Both the position numbers and the translations under genes were made by a program. DNA of 64,000 nucleotides from an uncultured Gammaproteobacteria bacterium (lineage in GTDB: Bacteria; Patescibacteriota; Microgenomatia; Levybacterales; UBA12049), in NCBI GenBank assembly GCA_964491185.1, contig CAZBFH010000001.1, positions 16,739 to 80,738 on the forward strand. Reading direction: 5' to 3'. A model generated the notes under the pieces. The model made no database searches. It saw only the letters and a list, made by a program, of their open reading frames with translations, and had not been told where the DNA came from. Numbering within the stretch: position 1 is the first letter of the stretch; each line of letters opens with the position of its first letter. Below are positions 55,470 through 64,000 of this stretch, in pieces.

Positions 55470-56800
55470 ATATCTGTATAAAGAATTATCGCCAGAAAAC
55501 TTAGCGAAAATATTCCAATTAAAAATAAGTAATTCAAAACAGGGATATAATTCTTAATTTTTTTATTTTGGAAAAATAGAGGCAACAAGCTCAAACTTGA
55601 TAAAAATAGATATGATCTAAAAACAATGAATGAAAATCCGAACATCTTAGTCCATGTTAGTTCTAAAAGTGAAAGTCCTATAAATAAAATAAACATAAAT
55701 GTAAGAAGAATATTTTTATTAAAATAATCTTTTATAAAAACAGCTAATGAAATTGCAAGAAATGGATAGAAGGGATACCTATACCATCCATGCCCTGGTT
55801 CGTTTGGAATTGCAAAAATAAATACCCCAAGATAAGCAAGGAGTCCTAGAACTGGAATTAAATTTTTTCTAAAATCTTTCAATAAAAGCAAGAAAAACGA
55901 TATCCACCCGAAATAAATCCATCCATCGATTAAATGTCTATCTGCCAAAAAGGGATCCTTAAAAATCGCGTACACGCTATTAAAAGTAAGATCGTATCTT
56001 TGAAGCTGCAACTTCCATAGACTAACGAAAAGATTCCAATCGTAATAATATCCATAAGCTAAGTAACCTAAGAAAAATAATAAGACAGTCGAGAATACAA
56101 TTAGACTTTCTTTATATTTTTTAAAATATATTAAAATTGAAATAACTGCTAAGCTCGCGGCTATCCATGGAATTTTTGAAATAATTAGTAATCCACAAAT
56201 AAGAGAAGCGATAATAATAAAAAACTTATTATTGGTTTTTATATACTTAACAGTTAGTAAAAGTGCCGTAAGAAAACCTGGAATAAAAAAATTCTCATTT
56301 TGAACAAGCCTTGAACCAATTGCAACAGTTGGAATTACTGCATAAATTAAACTTGTTAAAAGGGCAGTTTCTCGATCATAAACTTCTTTTACTAAAAGAA
56401 AAAGCACTCCAATCGAAATCACACCAAGAATGATTGCAAGTGGACGAATCCTCCCAACGTCAATGTCATACATGTTATCTGCTCCATTTAAAATAGCGAA
56501 TGATCCAGCAACAATTCCAAAAAAAGGTGGATGCTCTAGATAAGGATTAACTATCCAGAACGCGGCTCCTTTATAAATAAGGTGATCTCTCTCAGAATTA
56601 ATATATTGTGGATGAGATGACCAAGATTTCGGTACTCCTTCTTGAAAAAGATTTACTCCAAGCCATGTCCAAGCAAACTCATCCATTGTTGCGCCAAATC
56701 TAGGTGCAGTTTGATAATGATGGAACCTTAAAACAAATCCTATTAGAAGAATGGGAATTAAAATAATGAGAGTTTTACTCTTAAAAAGACTTACAATCAT
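55466..56800 (-). CDS. GT-C glycosyltransferase of the PMT/ArnT (GT39/GT83) type
   Basis: 444 aa. First loop MDEFAWTW...EGVPKSW with the DE motif, then YLEHPPFFGIVAGS (cf. the eKPPL motif of ArnT/PMT). About 11 TM helices. Confidence 0.55.
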   Translation of the reverse strand: MIVSLFKSKTLIILIPILLIGFVLRFHHYQTAPRFGATMDEFAWTWLGVNLFQEGVPKSWSSHPQYINSERDHLIYKGAAFWIVNPYLEHPPFFGIVAGSFAILNGADNMYDIDVGRIRPLAIILGVISIGVLFLLVKEVYDRETALLTSLIYAVIPTVAIGSRLVQNENFFIPGFLTALLLTVKYIKTNNKFFIIIASLICGLLIISKIPWIAASLAVISILIYFKKYKESLIVFSTVLLFFLGYLAYGYYYDWNLFVSLWKLQLQRYDLTFNSVYAIFKDPFLADRHLIDGWIYFGWISFFLLLLKDFRKNLIPVLGLLAYLGVFIFAIPNEPGHGWYRYPFYPFLAISLAVFIKDYFNKNILLTFMFILFIGLSLLELTWTKMFGFSFIVFRSYLFLSSLSLLPLFFQNKKIKNYIPVLNYLFLIGIFSLSFLAIILYTDI

Positions 56801-57528
56801 TTGTAATAGTTAAGGATCCTTATTCTATAAAAAACTGCCAAAGTATCAACCATCGTCCAAAAAGATATTTTCCAAAAATTCTTACTAGTTACACTCCCTT
56901 GCTTAAAGCTTAATTTTATAGGCGCTTCAATAATTCTTGTATATCCAAGTAACCTAGCTACAGCTAAAACTTCTACATCAAAAGCAAAAGCTTTTACGAT
57001 TATTTTTGGGAAAACCTCCTTAGCCGTTTTTTTTCTAAAAAACTTAAGCCCAACCTGCGTATCTCTAACATTTAGCCTAAAAAGTATTTTAATAAGCGTC
57101 CTATATCCCCAAGACAATATTTTCCGACTCAATGGATACTCTATTATCGAGTCTGGGTGTAGCTTACTACCAATTACAATATCAGCTCGCGACAATTCCA
57201 TCATATTAAGCATTATTGATATTTCAGAAGGATTTAGATCCATTCCTGCATCAATAAATCCAATAATATCCCCTCTCGCTTTCTCTACTCCAAGCTTTAT
57301 CGCAAACCCTTTTCCCTTATTTTCTCCATATCCAATTAGAATTACTTTATTATTTTTAATATCTTTTAATTTTTCATAAGTTTTATCTAAGAATCCATCA
57401 ACCACAACTATGATCTCGTATTCTGTGGATAATGAACCCAAAACAAAATCAAGACTTTTAATATCTTCAATTATAGTTTTTTCTTGTTTGTAAGCAGGAA
57501 CTATTAAAGAAATGAAATTAGCGGCCAT
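56797..57528 (-). CDS. Soluble DPM-synthase/GtrB-like GT2 (polyprenyl-phosphate sugar synthase candidate)
   Basis: 243 aa. ISLIVPAYKQEKTI, IIVVVDGFLDKT, FIDAGMD. 4-nt overlap with the downstream PMT-like gene. Confidence 0.68.
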   Translation of the reverse strand: MAANFISLIVPAYKQEKTIIEDIKSLDFVLGSLSTEYEIIVVVDGFLDKTYEKLKDIKNNKVILIGYGENKGKGFAIKLGVEKARGDIIGFIDAGMDLNPSEISIMLNMMELSRADIVIGSKLHPDSIIEYPLSRKILSWGYRTLIKILFRLNVRDTQVGLKFFRKKTAKEVFPKIIVKAFAFDVEVLAVARLLGYTRIIEAPIKLSFKQGSVTSKNFWKISFWTMVDTLAVFYRIRILNYYK

Positions 57529-57533
57529 AGTAA

Positions 57534-58817
57534 TTATTTGTAAGAATATTTGAACTCATTTATCTTTAAATAATACATGACAAGTGAAATCATAAGCAAC
57601 AATGATGAAAAAATAGATACGTATATAATTTGACCAAAATTAGAATGATATATCCACATTAAGATTATCTGAAGTGCTGCGAATAAAAGAGCAATCATAA
57701 ATACTCTTGTTTTTTTAATCGAAAGAAAAAAGCTGACAAAAACATTGTTAACGCTATAAATTGTTAAAAATATTCCAAAAAGACCAAGGTATGGAGCGAC
57801 TGATAAATACTCCCCTCCTCCTAAGAAAATTGAGACAGTGAAATTGGAAAAAAGAAAATAAAATCCAGTCATTAATATTGATGGGATAAGAACTAAAGAT
57901 AATGCGATATAGAAAAGATTATTATAATTTTCTTTATTAGTATGACGTTTAACGATTAACGGAAACATAGCTATTGGAATTGGTCCCGTAAAGTAAAAAA
58001 TAACTTTGCCAATTAGAGATAGGCCCCCGTAAAACCCGGCATCCTGTGAATTAAAAAAATGTTTAACAACTAACACATCTGTTGATATGAAGGAGGATAA
58101 AGAAAAAATGGCAATCGTCGTTGGTATAGCATAAGATAGAATGTCGTTCCTCCCAATATTGATTTTCTTACTTGCATTTAAAATCACAGATTTTAACGGT
58201 ATAAAACCAAAAACAAAATCAAGAAGAGAAAAAATTATTACAGCAGCTAATGCACCATAAACCTTAAAACCCATCATAATAAGAATTATTCCGCTTATCA
58301 GCTTTCCAACTCCCGCTATTAGATACAAAGACCCGAGTAACTTAAACTTAAGCATACTTTGGATAAATGCCATATTTAAAGTAGCTAAGTAAAAAATTGA
58401 TATAGAAAATCCAACCATAATTACAAGACCAATATCGTTAATCTTTAGGAATGAAAGTATTAAAGGTGAAAGCGTGATAATTCCAATATTTAAAATCACG
58501 CTGAACAATAGTAAATATTTGAAAGATTTTATATAAAACGCACCTGCTCTTTGAGTTTCATTTTTTGAAAAAAACTGGGCCGCGTATCTAACAATAATCG
58601 ATGATAATGAGCTTGCAGGAATTATCACAAGAGTAATTAAAGACATTAAGCTTGCAAATGTTCCATAATCTGAATATGTCAAATTCCTTGCGAAGTAAAC
58701 ATTTAAAATAAATGCTAGAAAACTTGATGCAGTAGTTCCAACTAAAACAAAAAAGCTCCCAGATATTAAATCATGCTTTATGCTATTTATTATGATTTTC
58801 CTTATTTTTTCGATCAT
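57534..58817 (-). CDS. Wzx-type polysaccharide/oligosaccharide flippase (MOP superfamily)
   Basis: 427 aa with 12-14 TM helices. N-terminus ...SGSFFVLVGTTASSFLAFILNVYFARNLTYSDYGTFASLMSL is typical of Polysacc_synt (PF01943/PF13440) proteins. Confidence 0.68.
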   Translation of the reverse strand: MIEKIRKIIINSIKHDLISGSFFVLVGTTASSFLAFILNVYFARNLTYSDYGTFASLMSLITLVIIPASSLSSIIVRYAAQFFSKNETQRAGAFYIKSFKYLLLFSVILNIGIITLSPLILSFLKINDIGLVIMVGFSISIFYLATLNMAFIQSMLKFKLLGSLYLIAGVGKLISGIILIMMGFKVYGALAAVIIFSLLDFVFGFIPLKSVILNASKKINIGRNDILSYAIPTTIAIFSLSSFISTDVLVVKHFFNSQDAGFYGGLSLIGKVIFYFTGPIPIAMFPLIVKRHTNKENYNNLFYIALSLVLIPSILMTGFYFLFSNFTVSIFLGGGEYLSVAPYLGLFGIFLTIYSVNNVFVSFFLSIKKTRVFMIALLFAALQIILMWIYHSNFGQIIYVSIFSSLLLMISLVMYYLKINEFKYSYK

Positions 58818-59875
58818 TTTTTATTGAAAATTTCAACATATGCATCATATGTTTCTTTAGCAGTCTTTTCCCATGAGAATTTTTTTACATTTTCAAATCC
58901 TTGCTTTATTAAATTCTCTCTAAATTTTTCATCTTCAATAACCCCACTTAACCCTGCTTTAATTGAATCAGTGCTTAATGGATCAACATAACACGCCCCA
59001 TCTCCTGCCACCTCCGCAAGTGACCCTAATTTTGAAGTTATAACAGGACAACCCGACTGCATCGCTTCAAGAATTGGCAAACCAAAGCCCTCATAAAGTG
59101 AAGGCATCACGAGAACAGTTGCAACGTTATATATCGCTACCAAATCCTCATCGTCAACAAAACCCAAAGAAATAACTTTATTATTTTTTGACGCAAGTTC
59201 TTGTGCTTTCTTTAAATCCTTATTCCAGAGATTATCAGCATCATATTGAGTATTTTTAAACGCCTGTCCAACGATCACCAATGAATAATTAGTATTATTT
59301 ATTGCCTCAATAAGTCTTGGAAGATTTTTATTTGGAGTAACATCTCCTACATATAGAGCAAACTTATCAGGTAAACTAAATTTTCTAACCACTTCTTTCT
59401 TTTTTTCTTCAGTAATTTGCCTAAAGTGCTTGGCTGCCGCAAGATAAATTACTTTAATTCCCGATGTTTCGTAACCAACGATTTTCGCTATATCTTTTTT
59501 TGATGATTCTGAATCTGTAATAATTAGATCTGAATTTTTAAGTATTTTTTTTTGTATTTGCCATTTAAATGCCCCTTTTATACCAACTGGGAAATCATTC
59601 CTGAAAACTAACGGGGTGAGATCATGAACCGTTATTATTGTTTTTACAGTCTTTATGATGGGAAGTGTTATAAAAAATGGTTCAAAATATGGGTAATGGA
59701 TTAGATCAGTTGAGTGAGAGATTTTATCACCTCTCTTAATCAAAACGAAATCCTCTGGGCCATATTTTTCTATTAAGGCCTCCTTGAGATTATTTAAGTA
59801 AAATCCAGTACCTCTTACTCTATGCTGAAGATAATGGCCGGAAGTTATGGGAGAAACATCAATTGCTACCTTCAT
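58814..59875 (-). CDS. Glycosyltransferase family 4
   Basis: 353 aa. EGFGLPILEAMQSGCPVITSKLGSLAEVAGDGACYVDP. Confidence 0.8.
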   Translation of the reverse strand: MKVAIDVSPITSGHYLQHRVRGTGFYLNNLKEALIEKYGPEDFVLIKRGDKISHSTDLIHYPYFEPFFITLPIIKTVKTIITVHDLTPLVFRNDFPVGIKGAFKWQIQKKILKNSDLIITDSESSKKDIAKIVGYETSGIKVIYLAAAKHFRQITEEKKKEVVRKFSLPDKFALYVGDVTPNKNLPRLIEAINNTNYSLVIVGQAFKNTQYDADNLWNKDLKKAQELASKNNKVISLGFVDDEDLVAIYNVATVLVMPSLYEGFGLPILEAMQSGCPVITSKLGSLAEVAGDGACYVDPLSTDSIKAGLSGVIEDEKFRENLIKQGFENVKKFSWEKTAKETYDAYVEIFNKK

Positions 59876-61524
59876 TTCTTAATTTTAATGTATTTCTCCC
59901 TCATAAACAAACAAAATAACGAAAACGTTGAAAATATTGTAATAATCAAAGAAATGATTTGAAGCTTGGTACTTTTTAGAATTATCTCCAGACTATGCTG
60001 ACCCCTAGGTACACTTACTTCAAATATCCCATCCTTGGTAGTTTTTATAGGTATCTGATTACCATCAAGCTTTACAGTCCAACCTGGAAAATACGCGATA
60101 TTAATTCTAATTTTACCCTCAGTTTCACCTGAAATAAAAACATTTTCACCTGTGACATTACTAGAGATAGTTTTTATCTTGATTTCTTTTGATGAAATTC
60201 TTTCATTTACTGGCTCAAGCTTTGCATTGAAATTAAGTGTATTGAAAACATTCCCTGGACTGTTTGTTCCATTGGTAAAATTATCCCTAGAAAGATAATA
60301 CTCATCGTCTCTTAAGTGATGATAAGGAGCCTTAATGTAATTAAACGAAAATCCAATTGAGAGCGCTATTAACACTAAAGAAAGAATGATTCGAATCTTT
60401 TCTTTTTTTATCAAAGTTTCTGAAACAATAAAACCGGCAAGAAATGATGATGCCAAGATAAGTACACTTAAGAGTCTCCATGGAAATTGAATATAAGACA
60501 CTAAGGGAACATTTTGCCAAATAAATTTAGAAAAGGGCGTTATCAGAAAAAGTGTAAAGATGAATATAAACAAGAATAAACCTACGATTCCAATTCTTTT
60601 CTTAAATATAAAAATTGCCGAACATATTAGTATTACCAAAAGATTTACGATTCCTATTTGAAATGACATTTGATCAGGCATATTAACTCCTGAAAACCCA
60701 TATCCCCATGATGAATAAATTAGTTTATAAATTACGGGGAAATGCTCGGTCGGATCGAAAATCTGAAGTCCTCTTACATATTTTGTTTCAAGAATGGCAG
60801 GTAGCCAAAAAATTGCCGAAAGTCCAATTCCAAAAAAAGAAATAAAAATCGAAGAGCTAAATTCTTTTAATTTAATTATGATATTTTGTTTTTTTGAAAA
60901 AGATGAAAAAAATGCATACACTAAAAAGAGGGAGAAGAAAACAACCGCAAGGATATTATGAGCTAAAACTATTAACGCTAGGATAAATGATGTTAATACA
61001 AAATATTTTATCTTCTTAGAATCCATATATGATTGATAACCCCACAATAATCCTGGGGCTAGTCCCAAGCTCCATACTTCTCCAACTGAACCTCTCACAT
61101 AAATATCAAGCAAATGATACGGTGAGTAGGCGTAGAAAACGGAACTCACTAAAGCACCCCAGTTTCCCCAAAACCTTCTGGACCATAGGTAAGTAAAAAT
61201 TGAACCAATAATAGTCGCAAAAATCATATTCAACTTTAATGAATCAATAAAACTAAATCCTACTAGATGCGTGAATGATGCTACATAGTTTGGAAGAGGA
61301 TAAACATAATTGAATAGTGGTATTCCATATCCATTATTAAAATCTTCAGCCCATCTTGGATAAAGAGTTCCTTCATTTATGGATTTGAAGAATTGCTGAA
61401 ATCTTAGAACATGAAACTCTCCATCATGTGTTGGTGGAAGACCAGGTTTTAAAAGAGAAATTACAGATAAAAACGAGATGGCGACTCCTGCAATCAATAA
61501 TTTATAATTTTTAGCTTTCTTCAT
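59872..61524 (-). CDS. YfhO-like polytopic GT-C glycosyltransferase with C-terminal TM anchor
   Basis: 550 aa. N-terminal loop PTHDGEFHVLRFQQF...LYPRWAEDFNNGYGIPLFNYVYPLP. C-terminal IAYFPGWTVKLDGNQIP...LEIILKS followed by a TM helix. Paralog of 27587 and 29878. Confidence 0.5.
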   Translation of the reverse strand: MKKAKNYKLLIAGVAISFLSVISLLKPGLPPTHDGEFHVLRFQQFFKSINEGTLYPRWAEDFNNGYGIPLFNYVYPLPNYVASFTHLVGFSFIDSLKLNMIFATIIGSIFTYLWSRRFWGNWGALVSSVFYAYSPYHLLDIYVRGSVGEVWSLGLAPGLLWGYQSYMDSKKIKYFVLTSFILALIVLAHNILAVVFFSLFLVYAFFSSFSKKQNIIIKLKEFSSSIFISFFGIGLSAIFWLPAILETKYVRGLQIFDPTEHFPVIYKLIYSSWGYGFSGVNMPDQMSFQIGIVNLLVILICSAIFIFKKRIGIVGLFLFIFIFTLFLITPFSKFIWQNVPLVSYIQFPWRLLSVLILASSFLAGFIVSETLIKKEKIRIILSLVLIALSIGFSFNYIKAPYHHLRDDEYYLSRDNFTNGTNSPGNVFNTLNFNAKLEPVNERISSKEIKIKTISSNVTGENVFISGETEGKIRINIAYFPGWTVKLDGNQIPIKTTKDGIFEVSVPRGQHSLEIILKSTKLQIISLIITIFSTFSLFCLFMREKYIKIKK

Positions 61525-62636
61525 TTGAAGACATTTTTCAATGCGGCCTTAATATCATTTAAGGAGAAAAATAGTAATCCAATTATCGGAGTATATGTGA
61601 CGATTATTTTAATTAAAGGAGTTATTCCAAAATGCGTTCCTAAATACATATAAGGAATATATCTAAGCATTAATCCGAATGACAAAGTAAATCCTAATAT
61701 TTTTAATTTTTTATTTTCTGAAAGTGATATAAAAGCTAAAAACCAAATTCCATACCAAGGGTAAATTTCCTCTCTGATTGGAGACAAAAGAAATATCACA
61801 AACATTAACGCGAAGGAATAAGTGTAAATCTTTTCCCAATCGATTTTTCTTTTTTTTATTCTGAGAAACAAATAATAAATGAAAACCGGTACAAGAAGAA
61901 TAGTGGCATATTTTATTAAAATCGAAAATACAAGAAATATAATAGCTAGAATAATCTTTTCTTTTTTTAAAAGATAAAATGAAAGAAATGCAAAAAATAT
62001 CATCGAAACGTCATTATGCCCCGAAACAAATGTTTCGATTAAAACTAGGGGACTTAAAGCAAAATATGCGACATTTCCAATATTCTTAGTGAATTTGTAA
62101 ATCAGATAAATGATCCCGAAATAGAAAATCATTACAAAGAGCTTAAAGTTAAACAACGTCAGAAGGAAATTATTAAATCCGAGAAAATGTGGAAGACTTG
62201 TAATCCCAATCCAAGATGGACCATAAAGAGCGACTTTATTTGCTGCATGCGTGAATCCTAAGTATGGGTCTCCTAAGAACTCAATTGGCATAATTATAAA
62301 GGGATTCTCGTGATATAAATATAAAATTTTAGCAGTAAAAATATAATTAAATATGTCATATGAAAGAATTGCCGGATAAGAAAAAAATAAGAGAACAGCA
62401 GAAAGAACAACAACATTCATTAATATTTTTTCTGTAATCCTCCTGAGAAAGAAAAAATAAAATAGGAAAAATAAAGAAATAAAAATTAAGTAAATAAGAG
62501 CAACCAATTCTCTATTAAGAGTTGCAAAGGCTGTATAAAGACTCGTCATGTAAGTCAGATTTTGATCTACAAATAAATATGAGAAAAATGTGAACGCCAG
62601 AAGAAATAAACCATAACCTAAAATCAAAAGCTTCAT
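61521..62636 (-). CDS. Polytopic membrane protein (GT87/DUF2029-like glycosyltransferase candidate)
   Basis: 371 aa with about 11 TM helices. SGHNDVSMIFFAFLSFYLL segment. No soluble domain. Confidence 0.4.
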   Translation of the reverse strand: MKLLILGYGLFLLAFTFFSYLFVDQNLTYMTSLYTAFATLNRELVALIYLIFISLFFLFYFFFLRRITEKILMNVVVLSAVLLFFSYPAILSYDIFNYIFTAKILYLYHENPFIIMPIEFLGDPYLGFTHAANKVALYGPSWIGITSLPHFLGFNNFLLTLFNFKLFVMIFYFGIIYLIYKFTKNIGNVAYFALSPLVLIETFVSGHNDVSMIFFAFLSFYLLKKEKIILAIIFLVFSILIKYATILLVPVFIYYLFLRIKKRKIDWEKIYTYSFALMFVIFLLSPIREEIYPWYGIWFLAFISLSENKKLKILGFTLSFGLMLRYIPYMYLGTHFGITPLIKIIVTYTPIIGLLFFSLNDIKAALKNVFK

Positions 62637-63157
62637 AAAACACTATTTCTAATATTTATTGAATCATCAATTAATCCCTTTAAATTTAAATTTGTTGAAG
62701 GAGATTTTTCCGGACTCCAATTAACCTCTTCTGGCAATTGACCCGCCAAACCCCCTAGAAGATCCATATGTCTCCGTGAGGCTTCCCTAAGCAACTCTTC
62801 TCTTTCAGAAATGTCTTTTCCATTTCTCTGAGCGTTTTCAAGATTAGGATAAATTTCCATAAAATATTCATCTGATTTCTTAAGAGCTTTTGTAGCTAAT
62901 AAATATTGCTTATAATCAAACAACGTCTTAGCCTCGACTAAATAATGGTCAGATTCTTTAAGATTGTAATCAAATTTACCAAAATCACCGAAATAAATAT
63001 ATTTACTTATTTTTGAAACAATAAGTCTTGGTTTATATAAAATATTTCCTGGCATATATGAAGGGTAAGGGAGAACATAAGTAGATTCAGCGCTAACATT
63101 TCCCGGCAAAAATAGGAATAGACTAAAACAGAAAATTAGGAAAATCTTCTTAGACAT
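62633..63157 (-). CDS. Secreted hypothetical protein (cleavable signal peptide)
   Basis: 174 aa. MSKKIFLIFCFSLFLFLPGNVSA-ESTY signal peptide with an AXA-like cleavage site. Confidence 0.45.
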   Translation of the reverse strand: MSKKIFLIFCFSLFLFLPGNVSAESTYVLPYPSYMPGNILYKPRLIVSKISKYIYFGDFGKFDYNLKESDHYLVEAKTLFDYKQYLLATKALKKSDEYFMEIYPNLENAQRNGKDISEREELLREASRRHMDLLGGLAGQLPEEVNWSPEKSPSTNLNLKGLIDDSINIRNSVL

Positions 63158-64000
63158 TTTTTGTATGCCACTGCCAGGCGGTTTTTACAATTGTTTCTAT
63201 GTCTGAATACTTTGGTGCAAATCCCAAGCCCTCTCTGGCCTTAGTGTTATCTGCATATATCATTGCAGGATCACCAGATCTTCTGGGCTTTATGTCTACT
63301 GGAAAATCTACTCCACTTACTTTTTTTATTTCTTCAAGAATTTGAAGATTTGAATATCCTATTCCTGCGCCTAAATTAAAATAATCACTCTCCCCTTTTT
63401 CTACAAGTAAATTCAGAGCTTGAAGATGCGCAATTGCTAAATCCTCTACGTGTATGTAGTCTCTCACGCAAGTTCCATCTTTTGTTTCGTAATCATTCCC
63501 AAACAAAGAGAAGGAAGCATTAGATATGGCTGCTTGAATGGCAATTGGAATAATGTGAGTTTCTGGATCATGATTTTCACCAATTGAACCATCCAGAGCA
63601 GCTCCAGCCGCATTAAAATATCGTAAATTAACATGCTTTATTCCATATACCTTCTCATACCAATCTAGAATATTTTCAAACATCAGCTTTGAGTCACCAT
63701 AAACGCTTTCTGGTTTTTTTGACTCATTCTCTGATACAGGTAAATTCTTAGGGGTTCCGTAAATTGCACATGTTGAGGAGAAAATTATCTTCTTAATCCC
63801 TTTTTCTTTCATAAATTCAAGGAGATTCAAACCACCTTGAATATTATTGTTGAAATATTTATAAGGATCTTTCATCGATTCACCTGCAAGAGCAGATGCA
63901 GCAAAATGTATTACCCCGTCAAATTCATATTTACCAAGATTCTCAAATAGAAAGTCTTTATTCTTAAGATCTCCGATAATTAAATTTCCACTAACCGCTT
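63150..64000 (-). CDS. galE: UDP-glucose 4-epimerase GalE (5' end lies beyond the window)
   Basis: ORF track begins at M63875, but own translation of 63876-64000 continues in frame without stops (…VSGNLIIGDLKNKDFLFENLGKYEFDGVIHFAASALAGES-MKDPYKYF). This matches the GalE vIHFAA..VGES region. Downstream: NLRYFNAAGA..DGTCVRDYIHVEDLAIAH. Confidence 0.8.
   Translation of the reverse strand, partial: AVSGNLIIGDLKNKDFLFENLGKYEFDGVIHFAASALAGESMKDPYKYFNNNIQGGLNLLEFMKEKGIKKIIFSSTCAIYGTPKNLPVSENESKKPESVYGDSKLMFENILDWYEKVYGIKHVNLRYFNAAGAALDGSIGENHDPETHIIPIAIQAAISNASFSLFGNDYETKDGTCVRDYIHVEDLAIAHLQALNLLVEKGESDYFNLGAGIGYSNLQILEEIKKVSGVDFPVDIKPRRSGDPAMIYADNTKAREGLGFAPKYSDIETIVKTAWQWHTKNV

Noticed and set aside
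1-64000. Possibility of an alternative genetic code (UGA=Gly, as in Gracilibacteria/Absconditabacteria), given the CPR-like composition
   Set aside because: Long uninterrupted ORFs with conserved C-terminal motifs end at standard stops, and the six-frame track under code 11 recovers full-length proteins. No evidence for stop-codon reassignment.
12022-64000. Searching the island for defence or mobile functions (nucleases, ATPases, integrases, transposases, CRISPR repeats, toxin-antitoxin pairs)
   Set aside because: None of the ORFs shows nuclease, ATPase P-loop (outside Mur ligases), recombinase or Cas signatures, and no regularly spaced repeats were seen. The window is dominated by glycan biosynthesis.

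Overview
AT-rich (about 30% GC) bacterial window with nearly all genes on the minus strand, and many adjacent genes overlap by 4 nt (stop/start). Coordinates 1-5.8 kb hold the downstream end of a division/cell-wall (dcw) cluster. Its order is mraZ, rsmH, ftsL, ftsI (PBP), a MurF-like ligase and a partial MurE-like ligase. Both Mur ligases have unusually short N-termini and sit in the inverted order murF-murE. Coordinates 5.8-12 kb hold higher-GC 'core' genes. These are three small hypotheticals, an archaeal/eukaryote-type class II GlyRS, another hypothetical, a short RecO and a DUF4012-like envelope protein. Several of these genes have TTGACA -35 boxes and almost no leader. Coordinates 12-64 kb form one contiguous single-strand glycan-biosynthesis island of about 52 kb. 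The island contains: (1) a PglC-type priming phosphoglycosyltransferase and ManC; (2) 8 GT4 and 9 GT2 glycosyltransferases plus one truncated GT4 fragment; (3) about 10 polytopic GT-C-like membrane proteins, namely two PMT/ArnT-like, three YfhO-like paralogs with a C-terminal TM anchor, a 1090-aa Wzy_C-type fusion and an 830-aa protein with a C-terminal discoidin domain; (4) a Wzx-type flippase; (5) three polyprenyl-phosphate-sugar synthase (DPM/GtrB/CsbB-like) GT2 genes, each next to a membrane partner; (6) NDP-sugar genes, namely RfbF, RmlC-like, RmlD-like, a DegT-family 3-dehydrase-like enzyme with His in place of the PLP lysine, and GalE; (7) two SAM methyltransferases and two hexapeptide acetyltransferases. 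Part of the island is a duplicated cassette. The only plus-strand gene is a GC-richer orphan ORF (27083-27619) driven by a perfect consensus sigma70 promoter. It sits between a CsbB-like and a YfhO-like gene and overlaps the latter convergently. A GC-rich palindromic motif (GGCCT..TGCGAGGCTAAA) recurs at gene ends. No rRNA, tRNA, CRISPR array, transposase or recognisable defence genes were found. The lineage looks like Patescibacteria/CPR (inference from composition and gene content). The most notable feature is the scale and architecture of the envelope-glycosylation island rather than any known defence or mobile system.
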